DNA of 64,000 bases, taken from IMG/VR virus record IMGVR_UViG_3300014720_000001, positions 1 through 64,000 of that record. One strand, 5' to 3'. The notes under the pieces are model-generated. The model did no database searches. It was not told where the DNA came from and saw nothing but the letters and a program-made list of their open reading frames with translations. Made by a program: the position numbers and the translations under genes. Shown in pieces: positions 42,601 to 52,503 of this stretch (position 1 is its first letter; every line of letters starts with the position of its first letter).

Positions 42601-44282
42601 CGGTCAGACGCGCCAGACTCACGGGCAAGGCTGTACATAGCGGATACGCCACCCTCGCCGACCATTTGTGCAAGGTTGTACTTTTTACCCTTGTATTCGA
42701 ACTCCTCTTGATTGTTTCGATACGCCTGCACGGCGGCTTCCATTTTGGTGCCGCGGTATTTGTCCGGGTTTTCAGACACAAGTCGGTTTAATACCGCAAG
42801 GCTCTGCCCGCCCGCGCTAGCGTCGCCGCGGCGAGAGAAATCGGCCATTGTCTGATCAGCTTCTGCTTTCTGTAGTTTGCCCGGCAGCATCTTTTCGTAG
42901 GCGCCGGAGTCGTGCATTGCTTGGCTGCGCACCATGTTAACTTTGACACGTTCTAGTCCGCTTTCGCGCGACAGGCCCATCTGCACGCCCATCGCTTGCT
43001 CGTTGCGTACCATGTCCTGTAACTCAGTCAGGCTGGTATTAGAATCGCGCGCGGCCATACGAACCTCTCGCACAAGCTTCTCTAGCTTGCCGGGCGCTAA
43101 CGACGACGAACCGCCGGTTAAATGTTCGAGGCTGGCGATTAACGCTTGAACCGGCGCATTGGCTTGGCCGTTGTCGCCAAAGATCTCGCGGATCGACGCA
43201 ATGACGCCGTTATATTCTTTTAACGTCCGTGTTGTGCGCTGCGCATCTACTGCATTTGCCGCTACGCTAAACCCGTCAAGCTGTTCAATTTCTGAGGCCG
43301 ACTTCGCGCGCGGATCTTTGGCGACGTGCTTGTCGATTTCTGCGAACGTCGAACTCATGCGGCTTTTGTAGCCATCCAGTTTGTCGGCCAGCATGATTTT
43401 GCGTTCTTCGTCTGTAGCGTTCGCGTAATCAAAATCGCGCGCCATCAGCTCTTCATGGCCAAACTGCTCGGCCATGCGCGTCATTGTCTTGTCGTCGCGC
43501 TTGGTTGCGCTCATCGCTTTTACGCGCTCTGCCGGTGACAACGCACCGAGCGCTTGCGGCAGCTGGCCTTTTTGAAACAGGTGCTCCATCATCTCGCCGG
43601 TCGCGACAGCGCCAAACCCGCGCATCTCGTCAATGTTGGCGTCAGGTCCGTACATGTTTTTGTAGACGTTTTGCGAGAACTGCCGCAGCGAGTCCTCAGA
43701 CATCCGGCTGGCACCGGTCGCCGCGTCGGCGCGATAAAATCCGATTCGGTTTGTTGCGCCCGCAATAGCGGAAGGATCGCCCTTTCGGCCAAACATTAAA
43801 CCTTCATAGTTTTCGGCGCCGATCTGGCTTGCCGCAAACTGTTTAAACATTGGGTTGTTTAATACGCGCGCGCCGGTCGCGGCCTGTTCGCGGTCGAGCT
43901 GTGTGATGGGCTGACCGCCGTTGGCGATCTGCTGAAACGCGATTAGCTTTTTTGCGACCTCATCGTTGCCAGCCATATGGGCGGCTTCGATGGTCGCGGC
44001 GCCGTGACGCTGATATTGCGCCGCGGTACGCTGATCCATGACGTTTTGCCCGGGCATTTGGTGCATTAAAAACGCATCCGGGCCGAACATGCCCTGCACT
44101 AATTGCGGGCCGTACATATTGGCCAGATAGCCAAATGCGTCATCAACGTGCGCCGAGTTCGTAAACGGCGAGTAAACAGGCGGCGCGTAGCGCTGCGCGG
44201 CAAGCGCCTCGGCTGGCGCCATGTCGTAACCAGACGGCGCGTTACCGAATAAGCCCGGATGAATGTATTGCGAAGCTTGCAT
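39618..44282 (-). CDS. tape measure protein
   Basis: 1554 aa, helical A/E/K/Q-rich, located after tube and chaperone genes and before the baseplate genes. Confidence 0.82.
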   Translation of the reverse strand: MQASQYIHPGLFGNAPSGYDMAPAEALAAQRYAPPVYSPFTNSAHVDDAFGYLANMYGPQLVQGMFGPDAFLMHQMPGQNVMDQRTAAQYQRHGAATIEAAHMAGNDEVAKKLIAFQQIANGGQPITQLDREQAATGARVLNNPMFKQFAASQIGAENYEGLMFGRKGDPSAIAGATNRIGFYRADAATGASRMSEDSLRQFSQNVYKNMYGPDANIDEMRGFGAVATGEMMEHLFQKGQLPQALGALSPAERVKAMSATKRDDKTMTRMAEQFGHEELMARDFDYANATDEERKIMLADKLDGYKSRMSSTFAEIDKHVAKDPRAKSASEIEQLDGFSVAANAVDAQRTTRTLKEYNGVIASIREIFGDNGQANAPVQALIASLEHLTGGSSSLAPGKLEKLVREVRMAARDSNTSLTELQDMVRNEQAMGVQMGLSRESGLERVKVNMVRSQAMHDSGAYEKMLPGKLQKAEADQTMADFSRRGDASAGGQSLAVLNRLVSENPDKYRGTKMEAAVQAYRNNQEEFEYKGKKYNLAQMVGEGGVSAMYSLARESGASDRLFRAYQMDRQGLQPFVQEGYAYKGQTYMHQNRLAQRQSAVLTDRMTDAQFNAVKPAGMTDEEFAKQKETIAPNLANRMLDVALNETKDMTSEQIDAKLEQRGKEELSNYFQSKDGGGLNKRAADARAESYFNALYGADPETRKENMRSIYTESSAILQQRTGLNIEAQKQIRNKSVERDAEARQKVNERRAERFNDAAMGTESTFTQRVGDELNNIASDNARTRTDSLKHVFNIMSEDQMLQKYAPDMQEGLVAAAKMYTSATVSPEQIQKLHEEAQKDPNGPAARELKMMAGFKPDEQLTEEQQQTLYSRAVMARGEQAAGSTPEQQAKNEAQRRRSGTIIKAYNTGKKEDVAAGARAMAESVLGPNASQKQIEEFATAALDKDTTAFEKKMQGGFFGGKLTDEKQEEARAMSRALRASQEFGGLAHVGLDQTAQKVTEAQDRPVAKTNEVTRDASKRVFEQLEQDYNRRADADLKPAGMTDEQFAARRKDLMRITAETASGIAVNEMGDQVDAKPEDRAKFMQKRLKEEMIKHFEREGSVPARAEEQAKKHMQAMFGSGEEGIQRLNDVYAHAQSAAKENGLDVFRAKNNAENDIGYVNSQLDDLKKRGRETGWITSDIRFDNKADQQRWDDLQARKKALENPETAIPDDAKLTAEQQKVVDEISQSPTADTLTDAMYNTEKRKQLLSLPGGAARELFDKFSPEDQQKGISGLESAKTSRWLSQEERDNASRLHKTLSEHQASKLVPGGAAKQAPAGTPPAEAGLTSQNVDMTGLYIDGMRRLLGQPTRQEHVQQIDKQIAEVKGRGKSGWFTSELQFSKEDKEKYDRLQQQRKEAATGDPVGTVDKQLAEIEARGKPGWFTSELQFSDEDKKQRTFLQKRRDELTRPIDPMQMLGGEQASTGVRAIQTTQAAFAASEKDSVAVTQQNAAQASRAQRGVQENEQGRNMQINGTLVLKGLSEAVMQAAGRHMEQTPDGTPVDMAGGTGSYHR

Positions 44283-44297
44283 AACCCGCCGCCGTGT

Positions 44298-44699
44298 TTA
44301 TTTTTCGTTGTTTAGCGCTTTATATCGCTCCAACATGTCGCTGAGGTCTTTGCTTAACATTGTATCTTTTTTAGGCTCATTGCCGCTTTTTTCGGCGGGT
44401 TTTGGGCCGTCGACAACAATCCACGGAAAAACTGTTTTTTGGATATCGCCTAACAGCTCGTTTGAGCGTTTTTTGATATCTGCAAAACTGTCGTCCGTAA
44501 GGTTGCCGTGCGATAAAAGCGCCAACCAGTGTCGGTGCGAAGTTGCCAGTAGTTCGTAATCTTCTCTGCGTGCTACCTCTGCTATTAGTAACCGGTGCTT
44601 AATTCTCCACTGACGATTTCGGGGATCGGCGCCGGCGTAATCAATTGCGCCGGACACGGCAGCCCGCACCATTAAGGCTGCTGTTCGATCCCGTTCCAA
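44298..44699 (-). CDS. tail assembly chaperone, second ORF (gpT-like)
   Basis: In the -1 frame relative to 44672..45718 and directly before the tape measure gene; an ATG at 44672 overlaps the upstream stop (TAATG). Confidence 0.65.
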   Translation of the reverse strand: MERDRTAALMVRAAVSGAIDYAGADPRNRQWRIKHRLLIAEVARREDYELLATSHRHWLALLSHGNLTDDSFADIKKRSNELLGDIQKTVFPWIVVDGPKPAEKSGNEPKKDTMLSKDLSDMLERYKALNNEK

Positions 44700-45718
44700 A
44701 AACTTGGTTCAAGCGCCATTGCTTCCAATGCTTCCACAAGCCGCTGAAACCGCCGCAAATGCGTGCTGATTAGTCGGCGTGCGACTTCATGCGCCAACGC
44801 TTTAGTGTTTACAAACTGCCGGGCTGTCGGAAGGGCGGTCTGGTTCGGTTGGTTTTCCGGCGGCGTAAATTTTACGTCGGCAAGAATCGGATTTAACACA
44901 ACTGGCTTACCCGTTTTATCCAGTATCGCCTCCAACGAGCAAGCCATGCGATACTCGGAATAACGTAGAAACCATTCGGCCTCGGACAGAATCTCGCCGG
45001 CGTTCTGGTCGAGCAGCAACTGGCGCTGAATTAAAAAGTTTTCGTCGGCCAACAAGCTGCGCAGCCGCACCACCATTTTCCCGCCAGCAATTTCATAGTC
45101 GCGCGTAAACCGGTTGCCGCCGAGCAGCGTTACGAGAAAATCTTCTTTGTCTACGTCTGAAATATCGACGTCAAACTTTTGTTGCATGTTCCAGCCGCAT
45201 CGCGGGCAAAACGGTAAAATCGCCATTGGCCCTTCGACGTCGCCTGTCGGGGGCGGCAACGCCTCTTCAGCCGGCTTGTCGCTGGCGGTTTCGGCTTTGT
45301 CGTCTTCCGCCGTCTGTACAATGACAACATCCGGCGCCGCCGCCGCTGGGGATTCTTCTACCGCACCCGCGGTCTCGTCGCGGTCGTCAACGATCTGCGT
45401 CTCCATCATTTTTTTGTACGCCTCAGCTACGCCGGGCGCCATGTCTGCGGTCTCTTGATTTAGCCGTGCCGCCTGTTCTTGTTTCTTGGCGGCGATTTTA
45501 GCTTCTTGCAGACTCTTCTTCACTTTCTCGACGTCTTCTTCGGTCATCAGCGCAGCGTCGATGAGCACGTCTACGCGCTTGGACGGCGGAAGCCGGTCGC
45601 GAATTTGCAGCAACAGTTCGCCCAGATCTCCCGGAATTGGGTCGTTTGCGCGCCACCCAAACTGTTCAAGTGTCGCTTTTGTAAAGTCCGACACGTATGG
45701 CTTCTCAACTACGTCCAT
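44672..45718 (-). CDS. tail assembly chaperone (gpG-like)
   Basis: Position before the tape measure gene; acidic linker, CPRC motif; ends ALEPSFWNGIEQQP; AAGGAG SD. Confidence 0.62.
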   Translation of the reverse strand: MDVVEKPYVSDFTKATLEQFGWRANDPIPGDLGELLLQIRDRLPPSKRVDVLIDAALMTEEDVEKVKKSLQEAKIAAKKQEQAARLNQETADMAPGVAEAYKKMMETQIVDDRDETAGAVEESPAAAAPDVVIVQTAEDDKAETASDKPAEEALPPPTGDVEGPMAILPFCPRCGWNMQQKFDVDISDVDKEDFLVTLLGGNRFTRDYEIAGGKMVVRLRSLLADENFLIQRQLLLDQNAGEILSEAEWFLRYSEYRMACSLEAILDKTGKPVVLNPILADVKFTPPENQPNQTALPTARQFVNTKALAHEVARRLISTHLRRFQRLVEALEAMALEPSFWNGIEQQP

Positions 45719-45731
45719 GCCTCTCTCCTTT

Positions 45732-48617
45732 TTAGGTACGCGGAATAATCGGGTAATTACCGTTGATGATCTTGGGTGTATTCGACTTAAACTCTGGTTC
45801 TTTGTATTCGGCCGCTAATCCGGGCGCTGGGTTGCGTTGCTTGTCGATATACCCACCCTCAAGTTGAACTATCTTGAAATCTTGCTCGACATAGGCCGGC
45901 TCCGAGTTCAACCATTTATCTCCCGGGAATGGGAACGTCTTACCACACGCAGCGGCGACAACGGGCCGTTCGGTCCACTTATCAGGAATCTTTCCGTCGA
46001 GTCGCGCCATCTGTTGCCAGCGGTCCTCGTACAACATGAAGTCAGGGATCTTATAGTCTTCATCGCGCCGGAACGAGAACTCCATAATTGTCATCACGCG
46101 ATCATTACCAGCGCGCTTTTCTTCGTACCATGTTTGCTGAATTTTCTGTGTATCAATCTGGTCGCCAACGTCTGGAATGTCGACGTCAATAAGTTGTTTA
46201 AACAGCTCCACGGCCGCGCGCACTTGTGCTTGACAGTCACCGTCGCAGGGACCAACAAAGATTGCGCCACGAGCCGCCATCTCGGTCAGAATGTGCCCCT
46301 TCGATACGAGCACGCTACCGTCGCACAACACGTTGCCGTCGCAGAAAATGTCGCCGTCCGTACCAATCGGACCGCAAAGCAGCGTTAACGACTGCTTAAA
46401 CAAGTTAGCTTTATTCGTGCCGCCTACCTTTTGGCCGCCGAAGAAGTGATATACCGAACCCGACTCTTTCAGGTAGTTGTACAGGTTTTCAGACTTGGTA
46501 ATGATATCTTTACTGCCTTGCGCGGCGTCGAGCATGATGTCGCCGGGTTTGATGTTGCCGCCACCTGTGCGCATGTAAATCTGATGCGCCAGTCCCACCA
46601 CGTTTGAGTAGGGCGCGCGCGCAACAACACCGGCAAACTTGATCTCGTCGCCGCATTGCTCAAAGTCGTATTCAATTGTCTTGCCGCGCGACTCAAGCAG
46701 AATCCCGCCTTCCCGGTCAGACGTTTCGTTACCGGCGAACACCAGCACGTTACGCTCGGCCTTGATGCGCACGTTCTTTTCTGTCGCGGATACGTCGATA
46801 GACTTGTTGGCGCGCAGAATGACGTCATTACCGCCCCACGCTTGCACGTCGCGGCCGCCTTTGAGCCACACATCGCCCGGAGCCGAGATCGTCACGCAGC
46901 CGGCCACCATTCGAATCTCGCCGCCGTAACCGTCTCCAATAACTACGCCGCCATCCTCCAGCAGCGAGATATATGACTCCTGCTCGTAAAACTTTTGCTC
47001 GTTGTAGCGGTGGTCGATTTTCCACTGCTTTGGTACGGGCTCCTTGAGATACATCGAGCCCTTTAATTCACTAAACGTGGGAATCTTTTGATTTACGTCG
47101 GCGTAACCCTCGGATTTGAGATCTTGTTCTTCCCACGTCTTGTAATCTTTTTCGTGCCAGTAGAACGGGTGCAGGCCGGCATAGTTAAACAGATAGCCGT
47201 GCAGATCGAGAACAGCCGTGGCGCGCTGCATATTCGGCCACTTGGAGTCTGTCGTCTTGATGTCGCCGGTAATCTTGTGTTCGGGGCCGCTACCGTACTT
47301 GCTGGCGGCTTTGTAGTTCTGGTCGGTCCGGTCTCCTTTGCCGGACTCGGGGCGCTTTAGGCGCTGCGGAAAGGGCAGCAAAATGCGTTTAGATAACACA
47401 ATGCCCTTGGACGACGTGATAAAGCGCCGGCCGTCCATCGCCACGTTATCTTCTTGTAAACCGTATACGGGCTTTTCTTCGTGGTCCGGGCTTTTACTTC
47501 CGCCGCCGCAATCAGGCGCGAAACCCTTATCGCTTACCAGCGGCGACTCAAACGGCGGGCCGGGTTGGCCTTCGGGGTCCGGTTTATAGGTCCACTTTTG
47601 TTGGCCCTTCGGCGGCGCGTGTACAACTAGCCGCGTGCCCTGCCCAAGATATCCGTAAAACTTTTGGGTTCTGTGATACGGCTGCGCGAAGTCGTCTTTA
47701 TTTTCCCAGTGCGAGTAATAGGGCACGCCTTTGGGGCACTGGTAATCTTTGGGCTGGAAATCTTTTACGATGTCTTGGCCGGGCTCTAACAACCCCATCG
47801 CTTCCCACGGATAGGGCGCATAGCCGTTGGTGTCGTTGCACTCGGCTTGATCCATGTAGGCGTCGCGCTCTGTGCCGGCTGTCCAGACCTGCATGTTGTA
47901 GCCGGCCACGCGGAGCATCTGATCGTGGTAGAACCCGTAAACGCCGCAGAACTCGTTTACAGAGGCCCGAAACATGAAGTCGTCGACCGTGACGCCGATG
48001 CCGGTTGTCGAGATCGCGCCCCACTCGCTGGCTAACGTAGCATCCCACGGGCGCCAGCCGCTCCAATCGACCATCTGCCCGTTGAGCTTTTCTTTGATGT
48101 ACTTCTTGTGGCAGTCGTCAACGCGCTTGCGGCTGGCCTGCGAGATGTAGTCGTGGTACGCCCGCTTACCGATATCTAAAACACCGGGAGCCGCGCCAAG
48201 AATGTAACCCTGCCCCAGCCGGTCGTGCACCATAACGATGACGGGCGTACCGGGCGCGTACGTGTTAATCGCCGAAGCGCCAAAACAAACCTGACTCGTT
48301 TGGGTCAGGGCTGCCGCAATAATGGGCGCGCGCGACTTCTCGACGAACACTTTGTAGCAGTTGGCGATAGCCGTGCCGTCGACGACCATGCCTGTACAGA
48401 TGCGCCCAGTGTCCTGAAACCCGGCTTTAAAACCGTGTAACTTACTGTTTGGATCTGCTACAGCTTGTGTTTGTGCGCCCCACGCCGCGGTCGCCGTACG
48501 ACTAGAAAACTGCGTATTGTTTTGAACTCGTCGCGCAGTCTGTGTTTGGTCGTATGTGTGTTGCTGTCCGGTGGCTGGCGTAAGACTAACTGGTTTCGGG
48601 AGCGGTTGCTCGCTCAT
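45732..48617 (-). CDS. central baseplate spike (gp5/gpV/VgrG-like)
   Basis: N-terminal OB-fold pattern (TGMVVD...YAPGTPVIV...GYILG); C-terminal beta-helix-like repeats (ISLLEDGGVVIGDGYGGEIRM...VTISAPGDVWLKGG). Confidence 0.72.
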   Translation of the reverse strand: MSEQPLPKPVSLTPATGQQHTYDQTQTARRVQNNTQFSSRTATAAWGAQTQAVADPNSKLHGFKAGFQDTGRICTGMVVDGTAIANCYKVFVEKSRAPIIAAALTQTSQVCFGASAINTYAPGTPVIVMVHDRLGQGYILGAAPGVLDIGKRAYHDYISQASRKRVDDCHKKYIKEKLNGQMVDWSGWRPWDATLASEWGAISTTGIGVTVDDFMFRASVNEFCGVYGFYHDQMLRVAGYNMQVWTAGTERDAYMDQAECNDTNGYAPYPWEAMGLLEPGQDIVKDFQPKDYQCPKGVPYYSHWENKDDFAQPYHRTQKFYGYLGQGTRLVVHAPPKGQQKWTYKPDPEGQPGPPFESPLVSDKGFAPDCGGGSKSPDHEEKPVYGLQEDNVAMDGRRFITSSKGIVLSKRILLPFPQRLKRPESGKGDRTDQNYKAASKYGSGPEHKITGDIKTTDSKWPNMQRATAVLDLHGYLFNYAGLHPFYWHEKDYKTWEEQDLKSEGYADVNQKIPTFSELKGSMYLKEPVPKQWKIDHRYNEQKFYEQESYISLLEDGGVVIGDGYGGEIRMVAGCVTISAPGDVWLKGGRDVQAWGGNDVILRANKSIDVSATEKNVRIKAERNVLVFAGNETSDREGGILLESRGKTIEYDFEQCGDEIKFAGVVARAPYSNVVGLAHQIYMRTGGGNIKPGDIMLDAAQGSKDIITKSENLYNYLKESGSVYHFFGGQKVGGTNKANLFKQSLTLLCGPIGTDGDIFCDGNVLCDGSVLVSKGHILTEMAARGAIFVGPCDGDCQAQVRAAVELFKQLIDVDIPDVGDQIDTQKIQQTWYEEKRAGNDRVMTIMEFSFRRDEDYKIPDFMLYEDRWQQMARLDGKIPDKWTERPVVAAACGKTFPFPGDKWLNSEPAYVEQDFKIVQLEGGYIDKQRNPAPGLAAEYKEPEFKSNTPKIINGNYPIIPRT

Positions 48618-48679
48618 TTTATTTCACCAAGTTGGCGTGTTACGGGCGCAAGCGCCCCGGGCTGCTAGCCCAATACAAT

Positions 48680-48712
48680 AAACGGCGGCTGCGAAAACCG
48701 CAACCGCCGTTT
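48680..48712 (-). terminator. intrinsic terminator after the tail tube gene
   Basis: AAACGGCGG...CCGCCGTTT inverted repeat followed by TTTATTGT on the - strand. Confidence 0.7.
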
Positions 48713-48744
48713 AATTGTTTGTGTTTGCTCGATCAACGCGCTGG

Positions 48745-49176
48745 TTAGGCAACGTCGATATCGCTGCAAATAAAGCCTAGATTCTCGTTAATCACGACGT
48801 CTTGAGCCGTGACGCTGGCGCCAATCGACGTCAGAGTCGCGTCCTTTACGTCGTACCGCACGCGGCCGCCACCTTTGCACGATGTACCGACCAGCTGCAT
48901 GTTTTTCGGTTGGCACATGTTGCCGTACTGCTGGATAATCTGCGTAAACTGGCCGTTGCCGGCCATCACGCGCGTTAGTTGACACTGCCCCTGCCGACGG
49001 TTACCAACGTAATAAACGTTGTTGCTGCCGATCTCGTACAGGAAGTTAACGGTGCGGTTCACCGTAAACTGAAACTGCTGTACAAGCACGGCCTTGGAAC
49101 CGAGCGTAAGGGTAACGTCTTCTGCGCGCACGGCGCCGGTGTGCACTTGCGCCTGACTCTGCCACGGTACTGCCAT
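48745..49176 (-). CDS. tail tube protein
   Basis: 143 aa directly after the sheath; VQQFQFTVNRTVNFLYEIGS...ASVTAQDVVINENLGF. Confidence 0.82.
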   Translation of the reverse strand: MAVPWQSQAQVHTGAVRAEDVTLTLGSKAVLVQQFQFTVNRTVNFLYEIGSNNVYYVGNRRQGQCQLTRVMAGNGQFTQIIQQYGNMCQPKNMQLVGTSCKGGGRVRYDVKDATLTSIGASVTAQDVVINENLGFICSDIDVA

Positions 49177-49219
49177 AGTTCACCTGCTGTTGTTGGGTTG
49201 GTTACTTACAATTACGCGA

Positions 49220-52200
49220 TTAGACCACTAAGTGCAGCTCAATGTTGTTGAGCGGCGCCGGGACAGTCAGATCAAGCACAATCTCGATGCGATCCTTGAG
49301 CAGCGGATGAATCTGCAGCTTGCGGATTTCGCCATCAATGAGTTGCGAGCCCAGTTCCTCGGTATTACCGTTGCCCTTAAGGAAATCGATAATCGCCGTG
49401 ACTTCGTACTCTAACCGGCTGACCATACCCGGCTGCGCGTTGGTGCGGCCGATGTAGGGCTTCAGGCGACGGTAGAACAGGTACGACATGCTGTCGACGT
49501 TACGACGAATCATTTCTTCGCGACGGTTCAGATCGAGATTGTCGGTCGTCAAGGCGTGACGCGTATGCGGCGTGCCGTCCTTGTCTTCCGTCACAATCCA
49601 GACGCCGGCCTCGGCCATGCGGTTAAGCTGGGTTTCGTTGAGGTACTTGTAGGAACGCGAGAAATCATCGAAACCGGCAACCTCGACGTTCGTCAGCGGC
49701 TGGTGGGGCACCACGCCGGAGACGAGACCGGCCAGAGCGGCCGCAAGGTAGTAACCGGGCTGGATAGTGCCGGCTTCGCCGACCTGATCCGGCCACACGG
49801 CGCACACGCGACGGTTCGAGAGCGAACCACCCTGCTGCGCGACGTCTTCAACAATTTCGTTGCGGTTACGGTTATGCCAGACTTCGACGCGCTGCGGAAC
49901 TGTGACAGCGGCGTCAGCGCCGGAGTACAGCAGCAGGGTCGATTCCGAAATAACCTGATCCACAACGTACTCTTCGTACTGCTCTTCACCGAAGCCGTCC
50001 ACCGAGTAGTTGTAGCGCACGATATCGCCGGGGCGCACTTCATTTGTGATGAAGTACCCATTGCCCGACGTTACCGTCAGCTTCGTGTACTGCGTGTTGG
50101 TTGCGTTCGGGTCGTCGGCCAGCGTGGCAAGAACCGGGTCATTGACCGTCTCACCAAGCACACCGGCGATGTTTACGCCTTCACCAACAACCTGCGCGAC
50201 CGGTTGCGCCTTGAGGGCGAAGAAGCCGGCCTTCCAGTTGTTCGCGTACTCATTCGACTCGGCGCCGATGTGCGCGGCCCACAGGTTTTGAATCCTGCGG
50301 TCGAACGTCATCGGAACGAGGTTATACATGTCATCGCGGCCCTTGATGCGCTCAAGCACCTGTACCCACTTGTCCATGTCAGGCCCGAGCGAACGACCTT
50401 CTTCGTCGTACTTCTCGGGGTCAGCTACCGCTGTGTACTTCACCACGGTACCGTTGCTGTTGGAGAGCGCCTTGTAGACGCCCCACTTCAGCGGGTTATC
50501 GGGATCGAGCTGACCCTTGATGTTGTCGAGATCGGCAACGTCGCTGATCGAGTTGACCTGATCGGCCAGCTCAGACAGCCACTCGCGATACTCGACGTAC
50601 ACCTTGCCGGAGAGAACCGGCAGCGGTTGCTCAGCGCCGGCGCTCGTCCACTCGGGGTGGTAAGCGACGATGCCTTCCTGCACGCAGATTTGGGTGTCTT
50701 CAAACCAGAAGTTGGTCATCGGCGCAAATCCGATCCGATTCTTCGAAATCTGGATGTCGTCCTTGATGAACAACTTGAGGTCCATATCTTCGCCGCTGAT
50801 CAGCTGGCAGGTAGCCGTCGCCAACACCTTGCCAGCACCGGTACCCGGCGAGGCAATAGTTACCGTCGGCGCAACTGTGTAACCTGCGCCGCGGTTAGTC
50901 ACGGTGATCGCCACTACCTTGCCGGCGTTGTCGCCGGTGCCGAGCACGGCAACGCCCGTGGCAGTTTGATTCTGCACGAGGTTACCGGTCGGGGCCGAAA
51001 ACGTAACAGTCGGCACAGTGGTGTAACCCGAACCAGCGTTTGTGATGCTGACAGGACCAACCTTGTCGATCGGCGCGCCGTCTTGGGCAAGCAACACCGT
51101 CGGAAGGTCGTCGCGCAGGATGAGCTTGCGCACCGGACCAGCCTTGCTGGAGTTAACAGTGATGTACCACTTGTCGCCCTTGCGAAGACCAGCGACCGCG
51201 TCAGGGTTGTCGCCAGACGTGCCGATGAACTTAACCTTTACGCCGTTCGTGCCGATCGACACGCCGACCGCGTTCAAGCCAACACCGTCGCCAGTGACTT
51301 CGGTCGGGCCAGAGAAGTCGAGACCCTTGACCGTGCGCACAGTGATCTCGGGGAGTTGATCCCACGTGCCACCCTTGGTGCACTCGATGACGTAGGTGTC
51401 GTTCTTGGCGCCAACGTACTTGCCAAGGATGTCAACCGCGCCGCTGACACCGTTCACAGACTCTTCAGTCTGGTACGGGCCGTCAGCGTCAGAAACAGCC
51501 TTGACCTTTTCGTAGGTCTGCTTGACGTCAAACTTCCACTTCTGGCCGACGGCAAACGTGTCATTGCCGGAGGTTGTGAAACGCACCGAAAGACCGCGCG
51601 TACCGATGAAGGTCACGCCGTCGTTGTCGTCAAAATCGTTCGGCTGAATCTCGGCCTGATCGTCAGTGCCGCTGGCCGAAACAACACGCAGACGGGCAGC
51701 GTTGCAACCCGAAATGGTGCTCTTGATGACTTCAACAACGTACTCTTCTTCAACAGCGCCAGAAACGAGACCGTCATAGTCGTTCGCGCCCTCGTCTTCA
51801 GCGGTCAGAACAGTTACGGCGACGGCGTTATCGACGCCCTCGATTTGCGTAACAGTTACGTCGACGCCGTTTTCAGCGTCAGCTGCGTAGCTGTCCTGAT
51901 TGTTAACGTCCGAAACTGCCGGCAGGATACGCGACGGAACAAGGTCGCTGGCGAAACCGGTTACATACGTCTCAAGCACAGTCTCGATGCAGTCGTTGTC
52001 GGCACTCACAGTGCGGAGCTGAACAACGTCACCGAGCTGCACGTCGCGATCGGCGAACGCGCTTGACCGCGGGTACGCGGCACCGTTCGACTTGAACGAC
52101 AGCGTGCTGGACTGAATCCAGTTCGTCTTGCCGGGCACAGCTGTAATAGTTGTGTCGCCTTCGCCCATGTTGTGCGCGTAGTAACGCAGCATGGCATCGT

Positions 52201-52447
52201 CGACGTACAGCTTGACGTACGGCAGATCGACAACCGAGCCGGCTTTACGCTGCGGCCACGGATAGCACGTGTCGTTGAGACGGTCGTACTGACCGAGAAG
52301 ACAGAACTTCTTCTCGTCGGTATTGCTATAGCGATGAAGAACAGCGTGCGGGCCAGCGATGTGGGCGCGCAGCGGCTCCGTGATCTCCGTGGGGACGATA
52401 CGGAACTCTTGGAAAACGAGAACTTGTGGTTTTACGTAGCTCGACAT
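49220..52447 (-). CDS. tail sheath protein (1075 aa)
   Basis: C-terminal sheath domain (RRVCAVWP...YLAAALAGLVSG...PLTN...RHALTT...IRRNVDSMSY...IEIVLDLTVPAPLNNIEL). Confidence 0.9.
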   Translation of the reverse strand: MSSYVKPQVLVFQEFRIVPTEITEPLRAHIAGPHAVLHRYSNTDEKKFCLLGQYDRLNDTCYPWPQRKAGSVVDLPYVKLYVDDAMLRYYAHNMGEGDTTITAVPGKTNWIQSSTLSFKSNGAAYPRSSAFADRDVQLGDVVQLRTVSADNDCIETVLETYVTGFASDLVPSRILPAVSDVNNQDSYAADAENGVDVTVTQIEGVDNAVAVTVLTAEDEGANDYDGLVSGAVEEEYVVEVIKSTISGCNAARLRVVSASGTDDQAEIQPNDFDDNDGVTFIGTRGLSVRFTTSGNDTFAVGQKWKFDVKQTYEKVKAVSDADGPYQTEESVNGVSGAVDILGKYVGAKNDTYVIECTKGGTWDQLPEITVRTVKGLDFSGPTEVTGDGVGLNAVGVSIGTNGVKVKFIGTSGDNPDAVAGLRKGDKWYITVNSSKAGPVRKLILRDDLPTVLLAQDGAPIDKVGPVSITNAGSGYTTVPTVTFSAPTGNLVQNQTATGVAVLGTGDNAGKVVAITVTNRGAGYTVAPTVTIASPGTGAGKVLATATCQLISGEDMDLKLFIKDDIQISKNRIGFAPMTNFWFEDTQICVQEGIVAYHPEWTSAGAEQPLPVLSGKVYVEYREWLSELADQVNSISDVADLDNIKGQLDPDNPLKWGVYKALSNSNGTVVKYTAVADPEKYDEEGRSLGPDMDKWVQVLERIKGRDDMYNLVPMTFDRRIQNLWAAHIGAESNEYANNWKAGFFALKAQPVAQVVGEGVNIAGVLGETVNDPVLATLADDPNATNTQYTKLTVTSGNGYFITNEVRPGDIVRYNYSVDGFGEEQYEEYVVDQVISESTLLLYSGADAAVTVPQRVEVWHNRNRNEIVEDVAQQGGSLSNRRVCAVWPDQVGEAGTIQPGYYLAAALAGLVSGVVPHQPLTNVEVAGFDDFSRSYKYLNETQLNRMAEAGVWIVTEDKDGTPHTRHALTTDNLDLNRREEMIRRNVDSMSYLFYRRLKPYIGRTNAQPGMVSRLEYEVTAIIDFLKGNGNTEELGSQLIDGEIRKLQIHPLLKDRIEIVLDLTVPAPLNNIELHLVV

Positions 52448-52454
52448 ACGTCTC

Positions 52455-52466
52455 GGCCTCCGTGCC
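52455..52466 (-). promoter_or_regulatory. sheath RBS hairpin GGC[ACGGAG]GCC (CsrA-type site)
   Basis: 3-bp stem with ACGGAG loop containing the SD. Confidence 0.55.
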
Positions 52467-52503
52467 TAAAATTTACGTGTGTGCGGTAGGGCGGTCAGGT
52501 CGT

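Noticed and set aside
49556-52066. 836-aa + strand ORF
   Set aside because: Antisense shadow of the sheath gene, caused by strong codon periodicity; no recognisable motifs
33150-52447. Tailocin, T6SS or extracellular contractile injection system
   Set aside because: Capsid, prohead protease, neck and terminase genes are present, so this is a complete phage morphogenesis module
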